Source: Callorhinchus milii
Taxonomy: Eukaryota
DNA length: 64,000 nt
Reading direction: 5' to 3'
Assembly: GCF_018977255.1 (NCBI RefSeq)
Contig: NW_024704743.1
Location: 72,046,001-72,110,000 of the forward strand
In this document: piece after piece, positions 50,930-62,141 of the stretch
Position numbering within the stretch: the stretch's first letter is position 1
How the letters are laid out: each line of letters opens with the position of its first letter
Made by a program: the position numbers and the translations under genes
Notes under the pieces: generated by a model
Seen by the model: only the letters and a program-made list of their open reading frames with translations
Told to the model about the DNA's origin: nothing
Databases searched by the model: none

Positions 50930-51903
50930 CTGGGCCAATAGAAAAGTGCGACTGCACCTTTCCATAAGTGTAGTTTCTGGCCCATGGGATGCTGTTCTCT
51001 TTACCTGACATCACTGTAGGCAGAGCAGCTTCTGGCCGCGCACGCGCAATGTGGCGCAAGCGCCAAATGGGCTACGTTCTGAGGCCCCACTGTTGTGAAT
51101 GCCTGTGTGCGTGGCTCCATGTGAGTCTGCCTGCCTCTTCTATATGTGTGTATTTATGAATATCTCTGTATGAATGTGTGTCTCTCTGTCTTGTGTGCAT
51201 ATGTCTCTTTGTGTCTGAATGTTCTTGTGTCTCTCTCGGTGCCTCTGAGCGCGTGGCTCTCTCGGTGCCTCTGAGCGCGTGGCTCTCTCGGTGCCTCTGA
51301 GCGCGTGGCTCTCTCGGTGCCTGTGAGCGCGTGGCTCTCTCGGTGCCTCTGAGCGCGTGGCTCTCTCGGTGCCTCTGAGCGCGTGGCTCTCTCGGTGCCT
51401 CTGAGCGCGTGGCTCTCTCGGTGCCTGTGAGCGCGTGGCTCTCTCGGTGCCTCTGAGCGCGTGGCTCTCTCGGTGCCTGTGAGCGCGTGGCTCTCTCGGT
51501 GCCTGTGAGCGCGTGGCTCTCTCGGTGCCTGTGAGCGCGTGGCTCTCTCGGTGCCTGTGAGCGCGTGGCTCTCTCGGTGCCTCTGTGTAGTGCAGGCCCT
51601 GAGGCAGGAGGTGGTGAGCTCCTGTAGCCTCACTGGTGTCCCCCCATCCCCCCCAAAAAGGCCACTCAGTTTTTGTTAAAGGAGTAATCAATAGTTTTTT
51701 TTTGCAACAATCTGTGTTATTTTCTTATGTTTAGTTTGTAAATCGATAAAGTGAAAAAATGTAGCAGTAAAATGTACCTTAATAGCACCAATCAACCCCG
51801 CAATTTCTCCACAAGAAAGCCAGCCGCGATTTCCCGCAAGATGTGTAAAGCGCTCCGCAATTTTCTTTTTCAAATATGTCCGCACTTTTTTTTATTGGCC
51901 CAG
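50930..51903. mobile_element. non-autonomous TIR DNA transposon (8-bp TSD, hAT-like)
   Basis: Termini CTGGGCCAATAgaaaagtgcg ... cgcacttttttt-TATTGGCCCAG; TSD CCTATAAC at 50922-50929 and 51904-51911. Confidence 0.8.
51231..51584. repeat. 26-bp minisatellite, ~13.5 copies
   Basis: Unit CTCTCTCGGTGCCT(C/G)TGAGCGCGTGG. Confidence 0.95.
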
Positions 51904-54225
51904 CCTATAACCCTTTATTCCCTTCTCCCCCGTGTACGTATGAAGCTTTCTATTGAATACATTAAGGCTATATGCTTCAACCACAGCTTGTAGCAGTGAG
52001 TTTCACATTCTCATACCACTCTCGCTGCACAAAGTTCCTCTTAAACTTCCTATGAGATCTACTCTTAGCTTCCGATATTTATGACCACTAGTTATGGACT
52101 CAACAATTGGAAAGAGCCCATTAACATTCACCTTATCGAACCCTTTCTTAATCTTGAACAACTCTATCAGGTCCACTCTTAATCAACTCAACGCTATCCT
52201 GAGTGACACATTCGGCCCATTTATTGGGCCCCGGCATCAAGAAGCAACCAGCTATTTACTTCAAAAGAGCTGTCTATTCTTAACAGCACAAATTGTATAT
52301 TTTGAATTTATCACTCCATCATTCTGGAGTGCATCAGATAGATGACATTTGAGAGGGTGAATTATCAAGAAGACCACTTCACACAATACATCATTCACAT
52401 CATTACAGAATTAGATGTAAACAGTGATGTCACAAAGATTACAAGAAGACTTCTTACTCAAAATGCACTACGCACAAAGCAATTGACTGAACTACCAAAG
52501 GCTACACAAACAGTTTATTTTCCCACCCATAATGTGAATACAGAGAGAACAGTTACAACTGACTATCTGGCTTGTAATGATGCTTCCTTTTACATATGTA
52601 AAAAAATTATATTTTTTATATAAATGTTATATTGTATTCTGAAAAATTGGACTAGATTCTTGTGCATGTCTAAACTGAACAACAAAACAACAAAATTACA
52701 TTTGCATAGCGCCTTTCAGATCGAGAGAACATCCCAAGATGCTGAACCTTAAGAGTAGTCAAATAAAATTAATAAGAAAGTATTACTAATTAGAAAGTAT
52801 TAATAATTAGAGTATTACTGTAAGTGCTTTGAGATATTCATCTTATGGGAAGGCAACAATTAACGTTTCACGTCAGAAAGATTTTGGCTTAAGCTTTTTT
52901 TTAATAAAAAAGACTTTGATAACCCCTTTGCATAGTTTAGGCAGATCCCAATGATAACATCACTGCAGAAAAAACCTTTGTGGCTTTAAGTCTCATTGCA
53001 AGTTGTCTCTGGGCCTCTTTTGGTACAGCTATCAACAAGACTGTGCATGCAACCACATGTGTGACAATCAAGTCACAACTACAATTAATAAATATGCACT
53101 TTTTTCCTAATTGTTAAAACCAAGAAACAAAGCAAGAGTGCTGGAGGTTCGACATATTTAATTTGCTCAAAATGGATTGAACTGTACTAATACAAATATC
53201 TTAATTGCTCACATTCTTAAAGCCCCAAATATCAAGTGATAATTTTGCACCAATTAAGCATCCTTTTGGCATGCATCGCATACAAATGAGGTAATGTCAA
53301 TCTATTCTATCTGGGTGCCTCCTAACATGGGCATGCCTCTCTACCATAAATTATCTTACCTTATTTATGAAGATATTTACAAATGTATGGTGTAGAAATA
53401 GGTTACTGTGCTCAACCAGTCTGTGCTGGTATTTATACACATGGTTACAGACTAACCAATGGAATCAGCCTATTTATGTTAACCTTATTAAACTCCTCTA
53501 TAATTTTAAACAGTTCTATTATGTCCCCCCTTAATGTCTTTTCTCTAGCGATAAGAGGAAACAATCGAGCAGTCACAAGCAAGCACTTGCACATCATAAA
53601 ATCACTGATAATGCCTAGTGGCATCCCTGGACATGTTCATAGTAAAGCTAGCCAGCACCATGGCGAGCATTGCTCTTAAATAATATTACATTCAAATCCA
53701 GTTGCTGCAATGGTGTATTCTGCAACAAAGAAATTCTAAGTGCGATGATGTGTTTTGAAATGCGCCCAACGGGATTTCGAGCACAATTTGAAGTACAATG
53801 ATGGATTTGGAGGGCATGATGTATGGATTTGGGATTTTTAGGTACGAAAATAAGCTAACTCATTATAATGATAGTTATAATAGGGTTCCACTACATTGTT
53901 AGAAGTTTACTTTCTGTATCCAGTTAAAAATAGCAGTTGATGTCAATTTGAATTTTGAGATTAAGATACTACAATACAAATAGATTACAGGAGGAGCTAA
54001 AAGAGGAAGCAGCTGTTAGTTTAGACTTGAAGACATGAAGAAACTATGATGAAATGGCTCAAAAAAAAAGCATGGAGACATCCACAACTTAGTGATTGGT
54101 GTTGACTTGCAATTGGAGTAAATGCTGTGCTCACTAAAGGCATGAAAGTTGAAGGAAGTAGATGAATATATTTTTTGCAAAAGAATGGATAGGGTTTGAT
54201 GAGTGAAGGAGTCAGGAATACTTAT

Positions 54226-54542
54226 GATAATAATAATCCTTGCATTTGATATAGCCCTTTTCACGTCTTCTAGACATCCCAAAGCGCTTCACAGAATATA
54301 CTGTAAAGTGAATTGACTGCATATTTGTGGGCGAACGCGGCAGCCAATTGCGCACAGCAATGTCCCACAAACAGTCACAGATTGAAAATGACCAATTTAT
54401 TATTGTTTTGTTTTTTTGGAGGGATTATTATTAGGCTCTGTGTGGAGTAAGGAAACTTGCCCAAGGTTTCGCCCTCTGCCTGGAATTGAACTCAGGTCTC
54501 TCACTTGCAAAGCGAGTGCTCCAACCACTGAGCTACAGGACT
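54226..54542 (-). mobile_element. full-length tRNA(Ala)-derived SINE
   Basis: Head gtcctgTAGCTCAGTGGttggagcactcgctTTGCAagtgagagacctGAGTTCAATTCC (A box, TGC anticodon loop, B box). Confidence 0.85.
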
Positions 54543-55328
54543 TACAACACAGAAAGAGGCCACTTGACCTCGCTGTGCTAGTTTTGTCCACTGGAGCTAT
54601 CCACTATTCTCTTTCTCCTTCCCCCATCTTTTTTGATATCCCACAGAAGAAAAAGAAAAAACAAGATCCTGGGAAGACTCTTTCTCACTCTCTCCTCCCA
54701 TCCAGTCCATGCAACAAGAGGTTGAATTTGAGTTGACAGCTGTTTCCACACCAGTAGAGTAGAGGCAAGACCAATCGCTTGAAGAATGAGCAAGGATTTA
54801 CTTTCTTAGGGATGGAATGAACATGTGCAAATTTCCAAGGAGAAAATGTGGACTGGAACAAATTCAGTAAAATACGTGTTTAGAAAAAATAGAAGGGATA
54901 ACCTTGGGACCAAAGACCTTTATTCATACAAAATGGAGTAAAGGATTTTCACAGCTTTTAAATAATAACTTGAAAAGGAATTAGACAAGATTCTAAAAAG
55001 GAAAAAGGGCTATAGGGAAAAACTCAGGGGAGTGGAATTAAACATAGATCTTACAGAGAGACAGAGCAGGTATGATGGGTCTAACGGCCCTCTGTATGCA
55101 AAAGAATTTCTATGATTGTATCATTCAAAGACATCAGCTGTCTCAATATATCAACTGAAACATCAAGAATAAGAATGTTCCAGAAGATTCACAGGTTTCA
55201 AGATATGGCTTTGTCAAAGGACAAGAGAAATGATTGCCAGTGGGCAGGACCTGGTACTTTTTGATAGCGACTTTTAAAAGCTAACATAGGATTGAGTAAA
55301 AATAAGATCAAAGATATCATCACTAAAA

Positions 55329-55762
55329 TAATAATAAATTGGTCACTCGGTCCATGACCGTTTGTGGGACACTGCTGTGCGCAATTGGCTACCGCGTTTC
55401 ACCCATAAAATATACAGTCACTATACTTTACAGTATATTCTGTAAAGAGCTTTGAGGAGTCTCAAAGACGCTTCATAGAATATACTGTAAAGTGAACTGA
55501 CTGTATATTTTGTGGGTGAAACACGCCAGCCAACTGCACACAGCAGTGTCCCACAAACAGTTGAGTGACCAAATTATTATTATATTTGGAAGAGATTATT
55601 ATGCCCAGAAAAGCAATCTGCTAATCGACTAACAACCGGATTCCCACTTATTGTTGGGTAAACAGATGTGTGTTGAGTAAGGAAACTTGCCCAAAGTTTA
55701 GGCCCTGCCCGGGAATCAAACTCAGGTCCTCTCACTTGCGAGGTGAGTGCTCTAACAACTAC
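55329..55762. mobile_element. tail-to-tail fused SINE pair
   Basis: Plus body 55329-55456 and minus copy 55461-55762 carrying the tRNA head. Confidence 0.8.
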
Positions 55763-56289
55763 GCAGTACAGGGATTGAGGTAAGGGTAGAAGCAGGCAAT
55801 GTTCCTGAGGTGGAAAAGGAAAGGTAAGGGATCTGGTATCTATCTTGGGGTTCAGCAGAATACCAAGCTTGCACATTATCTGGCTTGGTTCAACCCGATA
55901 AAGGTTGAGGGAATCAGAACCAGAGACATAAGTGGTGACGAGAACAAAACAATGCTTCATTCTTGTTAACTGGTCATTCCTGGTGTCCGAGTAACTATGG
56001 CTACAATGCTATTTTTAGCATTGACGCCCAGGAGTTGAACATGCAAAAAGCAGTTGGCCCAATGAAAAAAAAATTCCTTGAATTAGCTGGCAGACAAAGG
56101 TTTAACGTTATGAACATGCAAATAACATTTATTCATTATTAATGATAATTTAGTAATTTAGTTACAATTTCTAAACACACAATTTTCCAGTGTAAAACAA
56201 TAGGTATGCTAAGCCAGTCCGGTACCTTGGCATCTTGTTTGACCCTCAACTATTCTTCCTAGCCCACAACCATGCCACGTCCTGCTCTG

Positions 56290-56917
56290 CCTCAGGCCAC
56301 CAAGACCCTCAGACATGGATTCATAACATCCAGGCTTGACTACACAAACTCCCTGCTTGTCAGCCCCCCCAACTCCTCCCTTCATAGGCTGCAGATCATC
56401 CAGAACTCTGCAGCCCATGTCCTCTTCTGCACTAGGCTCCGTGACCCTATCACCCCCAACCTCACCCAACTCCACTGGCTTCCCATCACACAGCGGATGC
56501 AGTTCAAGATCCTGGTCCTCACCTTCAAAGCCCTCCATGGCCTTGCTCCACCCCTCCCTCCCCACCTCTACGACCTTCTAAATCCTACCAATCTGCCCCG
56601 CTCTCCGCTCTCCGGCCTGCTTCACGTTCCTTGCCTCGCCCACCCCACCACTGGCAGGCAGACCTTCTGCCACTCTGCTCCCACCCTCTGGAACTCCTTC
56701 CCACAGTCTCTTCGCCTCTCCCCTGCCACCTTCAAGACCCATGTCAACACATTCATCTTCAACAGTGCCTTCGGTCACCCTCCTCCCCCCCCACCCCCTG
56801 CCCTCCACCCTACCCAATTCTGATCCCCAGCTTGGGTCCGAAACACTGACTGTCCAGCACCTTGGGACGTCCTCCCGACATCAAAAGCGCTATACAAATG
56901 TAATTTTGTTGTTGTTG
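56290..56917 (+). mobile_element. L2 LINE 3' fragment
   Basis: [13 protein letters not shown]...LHWLPITQRMQFKILVLTFKALHGLAP plus tail. Confidence 0.88.
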
Positions 56918-57055
56918 TATACAACCAATATACTGTACAACCTTCTCCAAAACGCTTCACCCCAATGGTTAAAACAGTACACAAACGAGTCAAGGTCAAC
57001 CTCCGAACTGATAAAAGGCTGCACTTGTTTTATGAAACCCAAATATGATACTCAC

Positions 57056-57298
57056 CTTAAAATTGGGCGTTCAAAGACTGTAGCGATTAAGCTATGGGTA
57101 GGCTTCAGCTGCTCGGCTTCAAATTCCAATTCAAGTTAGCATTTCACACAGGACCCAGTAAGACCACAAATAAATGTTAAGTACGCAGACATTTGCCCTC
57201 TTTGGAGTACAGCGGAAGAGTTCAATTTGCATGTACAGTGCCGGAGTGAGACTGAACTGTGCATTGAGTCACTGGGTGAGCCACATGAGGAAACAGGA
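57056..57298 (-). other. ANKIB1: candidate cassette 5' UTR exon of ANKIB1
   Basis: Acceptor cctgac...gtattttgctttcgcag| and consensus donor AAG|GTGAGTA; 243 nt. Confidence 0.45.
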
Positions 57299-57529
57299 CT
57301 GCGAAAGCAAAATACCCAACATGTCAGGTCTCGCAGTCTGTCCAATTTCACTCGACTCCAGAACAATAACAAAACCCTCTCTGATGCACTTCACAGTCCG
57401 CCCCCAATGCGGGGCGGGGAGGGAAAGGCCATCCAACTCGGTCTCACCAATAAATACGGATCAAAGAACGACTTTACAACGCTGGAATAACAGCAAAGTG
57501 CACGAGTCGGAACAAAAGGGACATGAGCT

Positions 57530-57799
57530 GAGGGGGGAGTGTGGAGGGGAGGGGAGGGGGGAGTGTGGGGGGGAGGGGGGAGTGTGGGGGGGAGGGGGAG
57601 GGGGGAGGGGGAGGGGGGAGTGTAGATGGGGGGGAGGGGGGAGTGTAGATGGGGGGGAGGGGGGAGTGTAGATGGGGGGGAGGGGAGGGGGAGTGTGGAG
57701 GGGGAGGGGGGAGTGTGGAGGGGGAGGGGGGAGTGTGGGGGGGAGGGGAGGGGGAGTGTGGGGGGGAGGGGAGGGGGGATTGTGGGGGGGAGGGGGGGG
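57530..57799. repeat. G-rich tandem repeat
   Basis: Degenerate unit GGGGAGGGGGGAGTGT(GGA/AGAT). Confidence 0.9.
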
Positions 57800-58137
57800 T
57801 AAGAGTTACGGGGAGTTTTTCCCTTATAAAAAAAAATGCTCCCAGTTTTCTTTCTCCGAGCAATTAATTAGCAGCAGTTCCCGATAACAAAGAAACTGCT
57901 CCGGGGAAGTCAGTGCAGCTGAGGCCGGAATCAGACCCTCTCAGCGCCGACGGTAACCGCAGCCCCGACCTCTCTTACAAACAAAACGCCGTTGAACACG
58001 TCTTCCCTCCATCCCCACCTCCCCCCCCACCCCCCCCGGGCATTGCTCTGCTCACAGCATCGCTCCCGGGGCACTCGCTCTCTCCCCTCGGCATCCTTTC
58101 TCCCGGACACCTCCAGCTCTTGCCCTCCCCCCCCCCG

Positions 58138-58486
58138 GCCCTCGTTGTCCCCCCCCCACCCCTCGTTGTCCCCCCCCACCCCTCGTTGTCCCCCCCCCAC
58201 CCCTCGTTGTCCCCCCCCCCACCCCTCGTTGTCCCCCCCCCACCCCTCGTTGTCCCCCCCCCACCCCTCGTTGTCCCCCCCCACCCCTCGTTGTCCCCCC
58301 CACCCCTCGTTGTCCCCCCCCACCCCTCGTTGTCCCCCCCACCCCCACCCCTCGTTGTCCCCCCCCCACCCCCACCCCTCGTTGTCCCCCCCCCCCCCCC
58401 CCCTCGTTGTCCCCCCCACCCCCACCCCTCGTTGTCCCCCCCCACCCCCACCCCTCGTTGTCCCCCCCCCACCCCCACCCCTCGTT
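58138..58486. repeat. C-rich ~20-bp minisatellite
   Basis: Unit ACCCCTCGTTGT(C)n. Confidence 0.92.
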
Positions 58487-58779
58487 GACGTCCCGTCCCC
58501 CCACCCGAGTCTTTGTTGTCGTCGTCGTCCCCCGAGCCCTCGTTGCCCCCCCGGCCCTGTTGTCTCCCCCCCCCCTCCCCGCGCCGGATGCCTTCAGTCT
58601 GGGCACCAGACCCACCCCGCGCTGAGCTCCGTCTCTCGCCCGAGCCGCCGGTCTCAGCAACACAGCGGGCGCTCGCTGGCTGTGTCCCGGGGGGAGGGGG
58701 GGGAGAGGGTAAGGAGGTGATCAGTCTAACAATATCCGCTGGAGTGACAGAAGGGGCGAGGCCGCGGGGGAGCGGTTAC

Positions 58780-58930
58780 CTGTGAGCGCCGCCCGGTCTC
58801 CTCCACAGCAGTGACTGCGTGAAAACAAAAGCCCGAGAGTCTGACCCGGAAACACTCCCTCTCCTCTGTGGCGGTGGGGGAGGGGGAGGGGTCACAACTG
58901 CTCTTCGACAGGGAAACCCAGCTCTGACAG
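58780..58930 (-). other. ANKIB1: ANKIB1 non-coding exon 1 (TSS approximate)
   Basis: CpG-rich segment ending in donor CACAG|GTAACC at 58780, next to promoter motifs. Confidence 0.6.
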
Positions 58931-59240
58931 CGGCGCATGCGCGGGTGGCCGTCATCAACCGCCAGACCCCACAAGCAAACGGCATACAGGAGCAATACGC
59001 ATGCGCCAATAAGGGGCGAGAGAGAGAGGGGGTTCAGATGGCGCGTGCGCACCGGGCCCGCCCCCGCCCCTCCTATTGGCGCATGCGCATTGCTCCTGTC
59101 TGCACTTGGCGGGCGGGCGGTGACGGCCTCTTGACGTTAGTTTAGTTTTAAAGGAAGTGCAAAAGTAAAAGGACCCAATTCATTTCAGGGCAAAAATTCG
59201 CGAGAAAAAAAACAACGACGATGTATGGCGCCGGAGGCAG
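58930..59240. promoter_or_regulatory. bidirectional CpG-island promoter ANKIB1/KRIT1
   Basis: NRF1-type GCGCATGCGC at 58933 and 59079 (variants at 58997, 59041); CCAAT 59006 and ATTGG 59075; GC boxes 59057-59070; YY1-like AGATGGCG 59036; ETS AGGAAGTG 59152; TCGCGAGA 59198; lies between divergent genes. Confidence 0.85.
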
Positions 59241-59288
59241 GAGTGTCTGACACACACACACACAGAGGGAGTGGTGGACTGACAGGAG
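59150..59288 (+). other. KRIT1: KRIT1 putative first exon (start approximate)
   Basis: CpG-rich sequence downstream of the promoter ending in donor GAG|GTGAGG at 59288. Confidence 0.5.
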
Positions 59289-59502
59289 GTGAGGAACCCA
59301 ACACTGGGCGACGGACAGAGAGAAAGAGAAGGGTCTGGAGGAGAGAGAGAGAGAGAGGAGGAGGAGGGGGGCGCTGGGAGGGGGGGGCGCTGGGAGGCGC
59401 TGGGAGGGGGGGGCGCTGGGAGGGGGGGCGCTGGGAGGCGCTGGGAGGGGGGGGCGCTGGAGGGAGGGGGGGGCGAGAGAGGGAGAGGAGCAAAGGGGAA
59501 AG

Positions 59503-60625
59503 GGGGGCCAAGGCCAAGGTGTTTGGTGTGTGGGGTCAAGGCCAAGGTGTTTGGTGTGTGGGGTCAAGGCCAAGGTGTTTGGTGTGGGGGGTCAAGGCCA
59601 AGGTGTTTGGTGTGGGGGGTCAAGGCCAAGGTGTTTGGTGTGGGGGTCAAGGCCAAGGTGTTTGGTGTGTGGGGTCAAGGCCAAGGTGTTTGGTGTGTGG
59701 GGTCAAGGCCAAGGTGTTTGGTGTGGGGGGTCAAGGCCAAGGTGTTTGGTGTGGGGGGTCAAGGCCAAGGTGTTTGGTGTGGGGGGTCAAGGCCAAGGTG
59801 TTTGGTGTGGGGGGTCAAGGCCAAGGTGTTTGGTGTGGGGGGGTCAAGGCCAAGGTGTTTGGTGTGGGGGGTCAAGGCCAAGGTGTTTGGTGTGTGGGGT
59901 CAAGGCCAAGGTGTTTGGTGTGGGGGGTCAAGGCCAAGGTGTTTGGTGTGGGGGTCAAGGCCAAGGTGTTTGGTGTGGGGGGGTCAAGGCCAAGGTGTTT
60001 GGTGTGGGGGGGGGTCAAGGCCAAGGTGTTTGGTGTGGGGGGGTCAAGGCCAAGGTGTTTGGTGTGGGGGGGGTCAAGGCCAAGGTGTTTGGTGTGGGGG
60101 GGTCAAGGCCAAGGTGTTTGGTGTGGGGGGGCAAGGCCAAGGTGTTTGGTGTGGGGGGTCAAGGCCAAGGTGTTTGGTGTGGGGGGGTCAAGGCCAAGGT
60201 GTTTGGTGTGGGGGGGGGGTCAAGGCCAAGGTGTTTGGTGTGGGGGGGGTCAAGGCCAAGGTGTTTGGTGTGGGGGGTCAAGGCCAAGGTGTTTGGTGTG
60301 GGGGGGTCAAGGCCAAGGTGTTTGGTGTGGGGGGGTCAAGGCCAAGGTGTTTGGTGTGGGGGGGTCAAGGCCAAGGTGTTTGGTGTGGGGGGGATCAAGG
60401 CCAAGGTGTTTGGTGTGGGGGCCAAGGCCAAGGTGTTTGGTGTGGGGGGCCAAGGCCAAGGTGTTTGGTGGGGGGGTCAAGGCCAAGGTGTTTGGTGTGG
60501 GGGGATCAAGGCCAAGGTGTTTGGTGTGGGGGCCAAGGCCAAGGTGTTTGGTGTGGGGCCAAGGCCAAGGTGTTTGGTGTGGGGGGGTCAAGGCCAAGGT
60601 GTTTGGTGTGGGGGCCAGGCCAAGG
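59503..60625. repeat. G-rich 28-32-bp minisatellite, ~38 copies
   Basis: Unit TCAAGGCCAAGGTGTTTGGTGT(G)n. Confidence 0.95.
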
Positions 60626-61353
60626 TGGGGAGCACAGGGGAAGATGGGGGGAGGGAAGGGGTTGGGGGGAACCACAGCTTTCTCATTACAGTAATGTAGC
60701 CTCACGGCCTCTCGCTCTGTGTGTACGAGTGGTACTTCAAAGGACAATACTGTATCCGCTCCTCTTTTGATTTTTTTTCAATGGAATGAATGTAACCGTT
60801 GATGTACAGAGTGACCAAAAAGTTGTGATGCCATTACAATGTCTGATCAGTCTTAGCAGAAATTATGATTTTATTTTAGGTAGTAGGGTGGTTATCACAA
60901 CTTCTTGGTCGCCCTGTCGCCCCGGCGCCTTGGGACGTCCTCCCGACGTGAAAGGCGCTCAATAAATGGAATCTTGTTCTTGTTGTTGTCGTCGTTAAAT
61001 TTTAAAATGGAAAATTTTGAGATTCGAGCTCGGTCAAAGGGAGGGTTGTCGTCATTTAACCATTACAAAAACAGAATACGTGCATTTCACATCAGAATAT
61101 TTGTGTGCTTTGTTGTTCCTGCAGCAAGTCAAGTGTGTCAGATGGTTAAACTAAATTATTAACCACGTGAAAGCACATTAATTCATGGTTCCTGGACACT
61201 GATTACATTTTGCAGTCTGCTTCATCTTGCTCCAAAATCCACAATACATAAGCACCAGATTTATTTGTATTACCTTAACAGAAGATGCAATTTTTTATTA
61301 TATGTGCAGTGACTTTATCTTGATATTGTATTATTATCAAAATTAAAACATGA

Positions 61354-61551
<198 letters not shown>

Positions 61552-61576
61552 TAAATACTTTGGTAGTTGCTCTCCT

Positions 61577-61790
61577 TAATAATAATAATAATAATAATCC
61601 TTGCATTTGATATAACGCTTTTCACGTCGGGAGGACGTCCCAAAGCGCTTCACAGAACACACTGTAAAGTGAATTGACTGTATATTTGTGGGCGAACGCG
61701 GCAGCCAATTGCGCACAGCAATGTCCCACAAACAGTCGTCGATTGAAAATGACCAATTTATTATTGTTTTGGTTTTTTTTGGAGGGATTA
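61577..61790 (-). mobile_element. young SINE copy in KRIT1 intron
   Basis: Near-identical to the 7345-7557 and 23424-23600 copies; starts about 35 nt after the KRIT1 donor. Confidence 0.88.
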
Positions 61791-62141
61791 TGCATGCATC
61801 CTTCATGCATTGATGTGAAAAGTAAATGATATGTGACAAAGTATATCGAATGCAAGGATTGCTGTCATTATTTAAGATTCTTGTATAATTTTAGAAAATA
61901 TAATTATTTTCAACAAAGTGGAAATTTCAGCTGCAAATTTCCAATGATTTTAAATACCTGTACCATGGTCCATATCCATATTTTCCCGTAACCTACAGTT
62001 GGTAGCACTCTCACCCTGTAGTCAACTAATGTTAAACTTTACACAAAATAAGTATAATTTGCTAATTATATATTTCATAAACCTGTAGCTACACATCCTT
62101 TAGGAGCACCTAGAGGTTTTATTTACATCACCATAACTATT

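Noticed and set aside
51140..51691. Repetitive ORFs (HRESHALTGTERATRS...)
   Set aside because: Translation of the 26-bp minisatellite, open in several frames, with no splice or domain support.
54470..54542. tRNA-Ala-like sequences (also about 9940-10002, 26370-26432, 55705-55762)
   Set aside because: These are SINE heads continuous with the SINE body and lack a proper acceptor stem; not tRNA genes.
57474..58720. Pro/Gly-rich ORFs resembling extensin or formin
   Set aside because: Low-complexity C/G tandem repeats in ANKIB1 intron 1.
59225..60770. Long ORFs (389-493 aa) and a CRISPR-like look of constant repeat plus variable spacer
   Set aside because: The ORFs arise from a stop-free tandem repeat. 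The spacers are only G homopolymers, there are no cas genes, and the context is a vertebrate intron.
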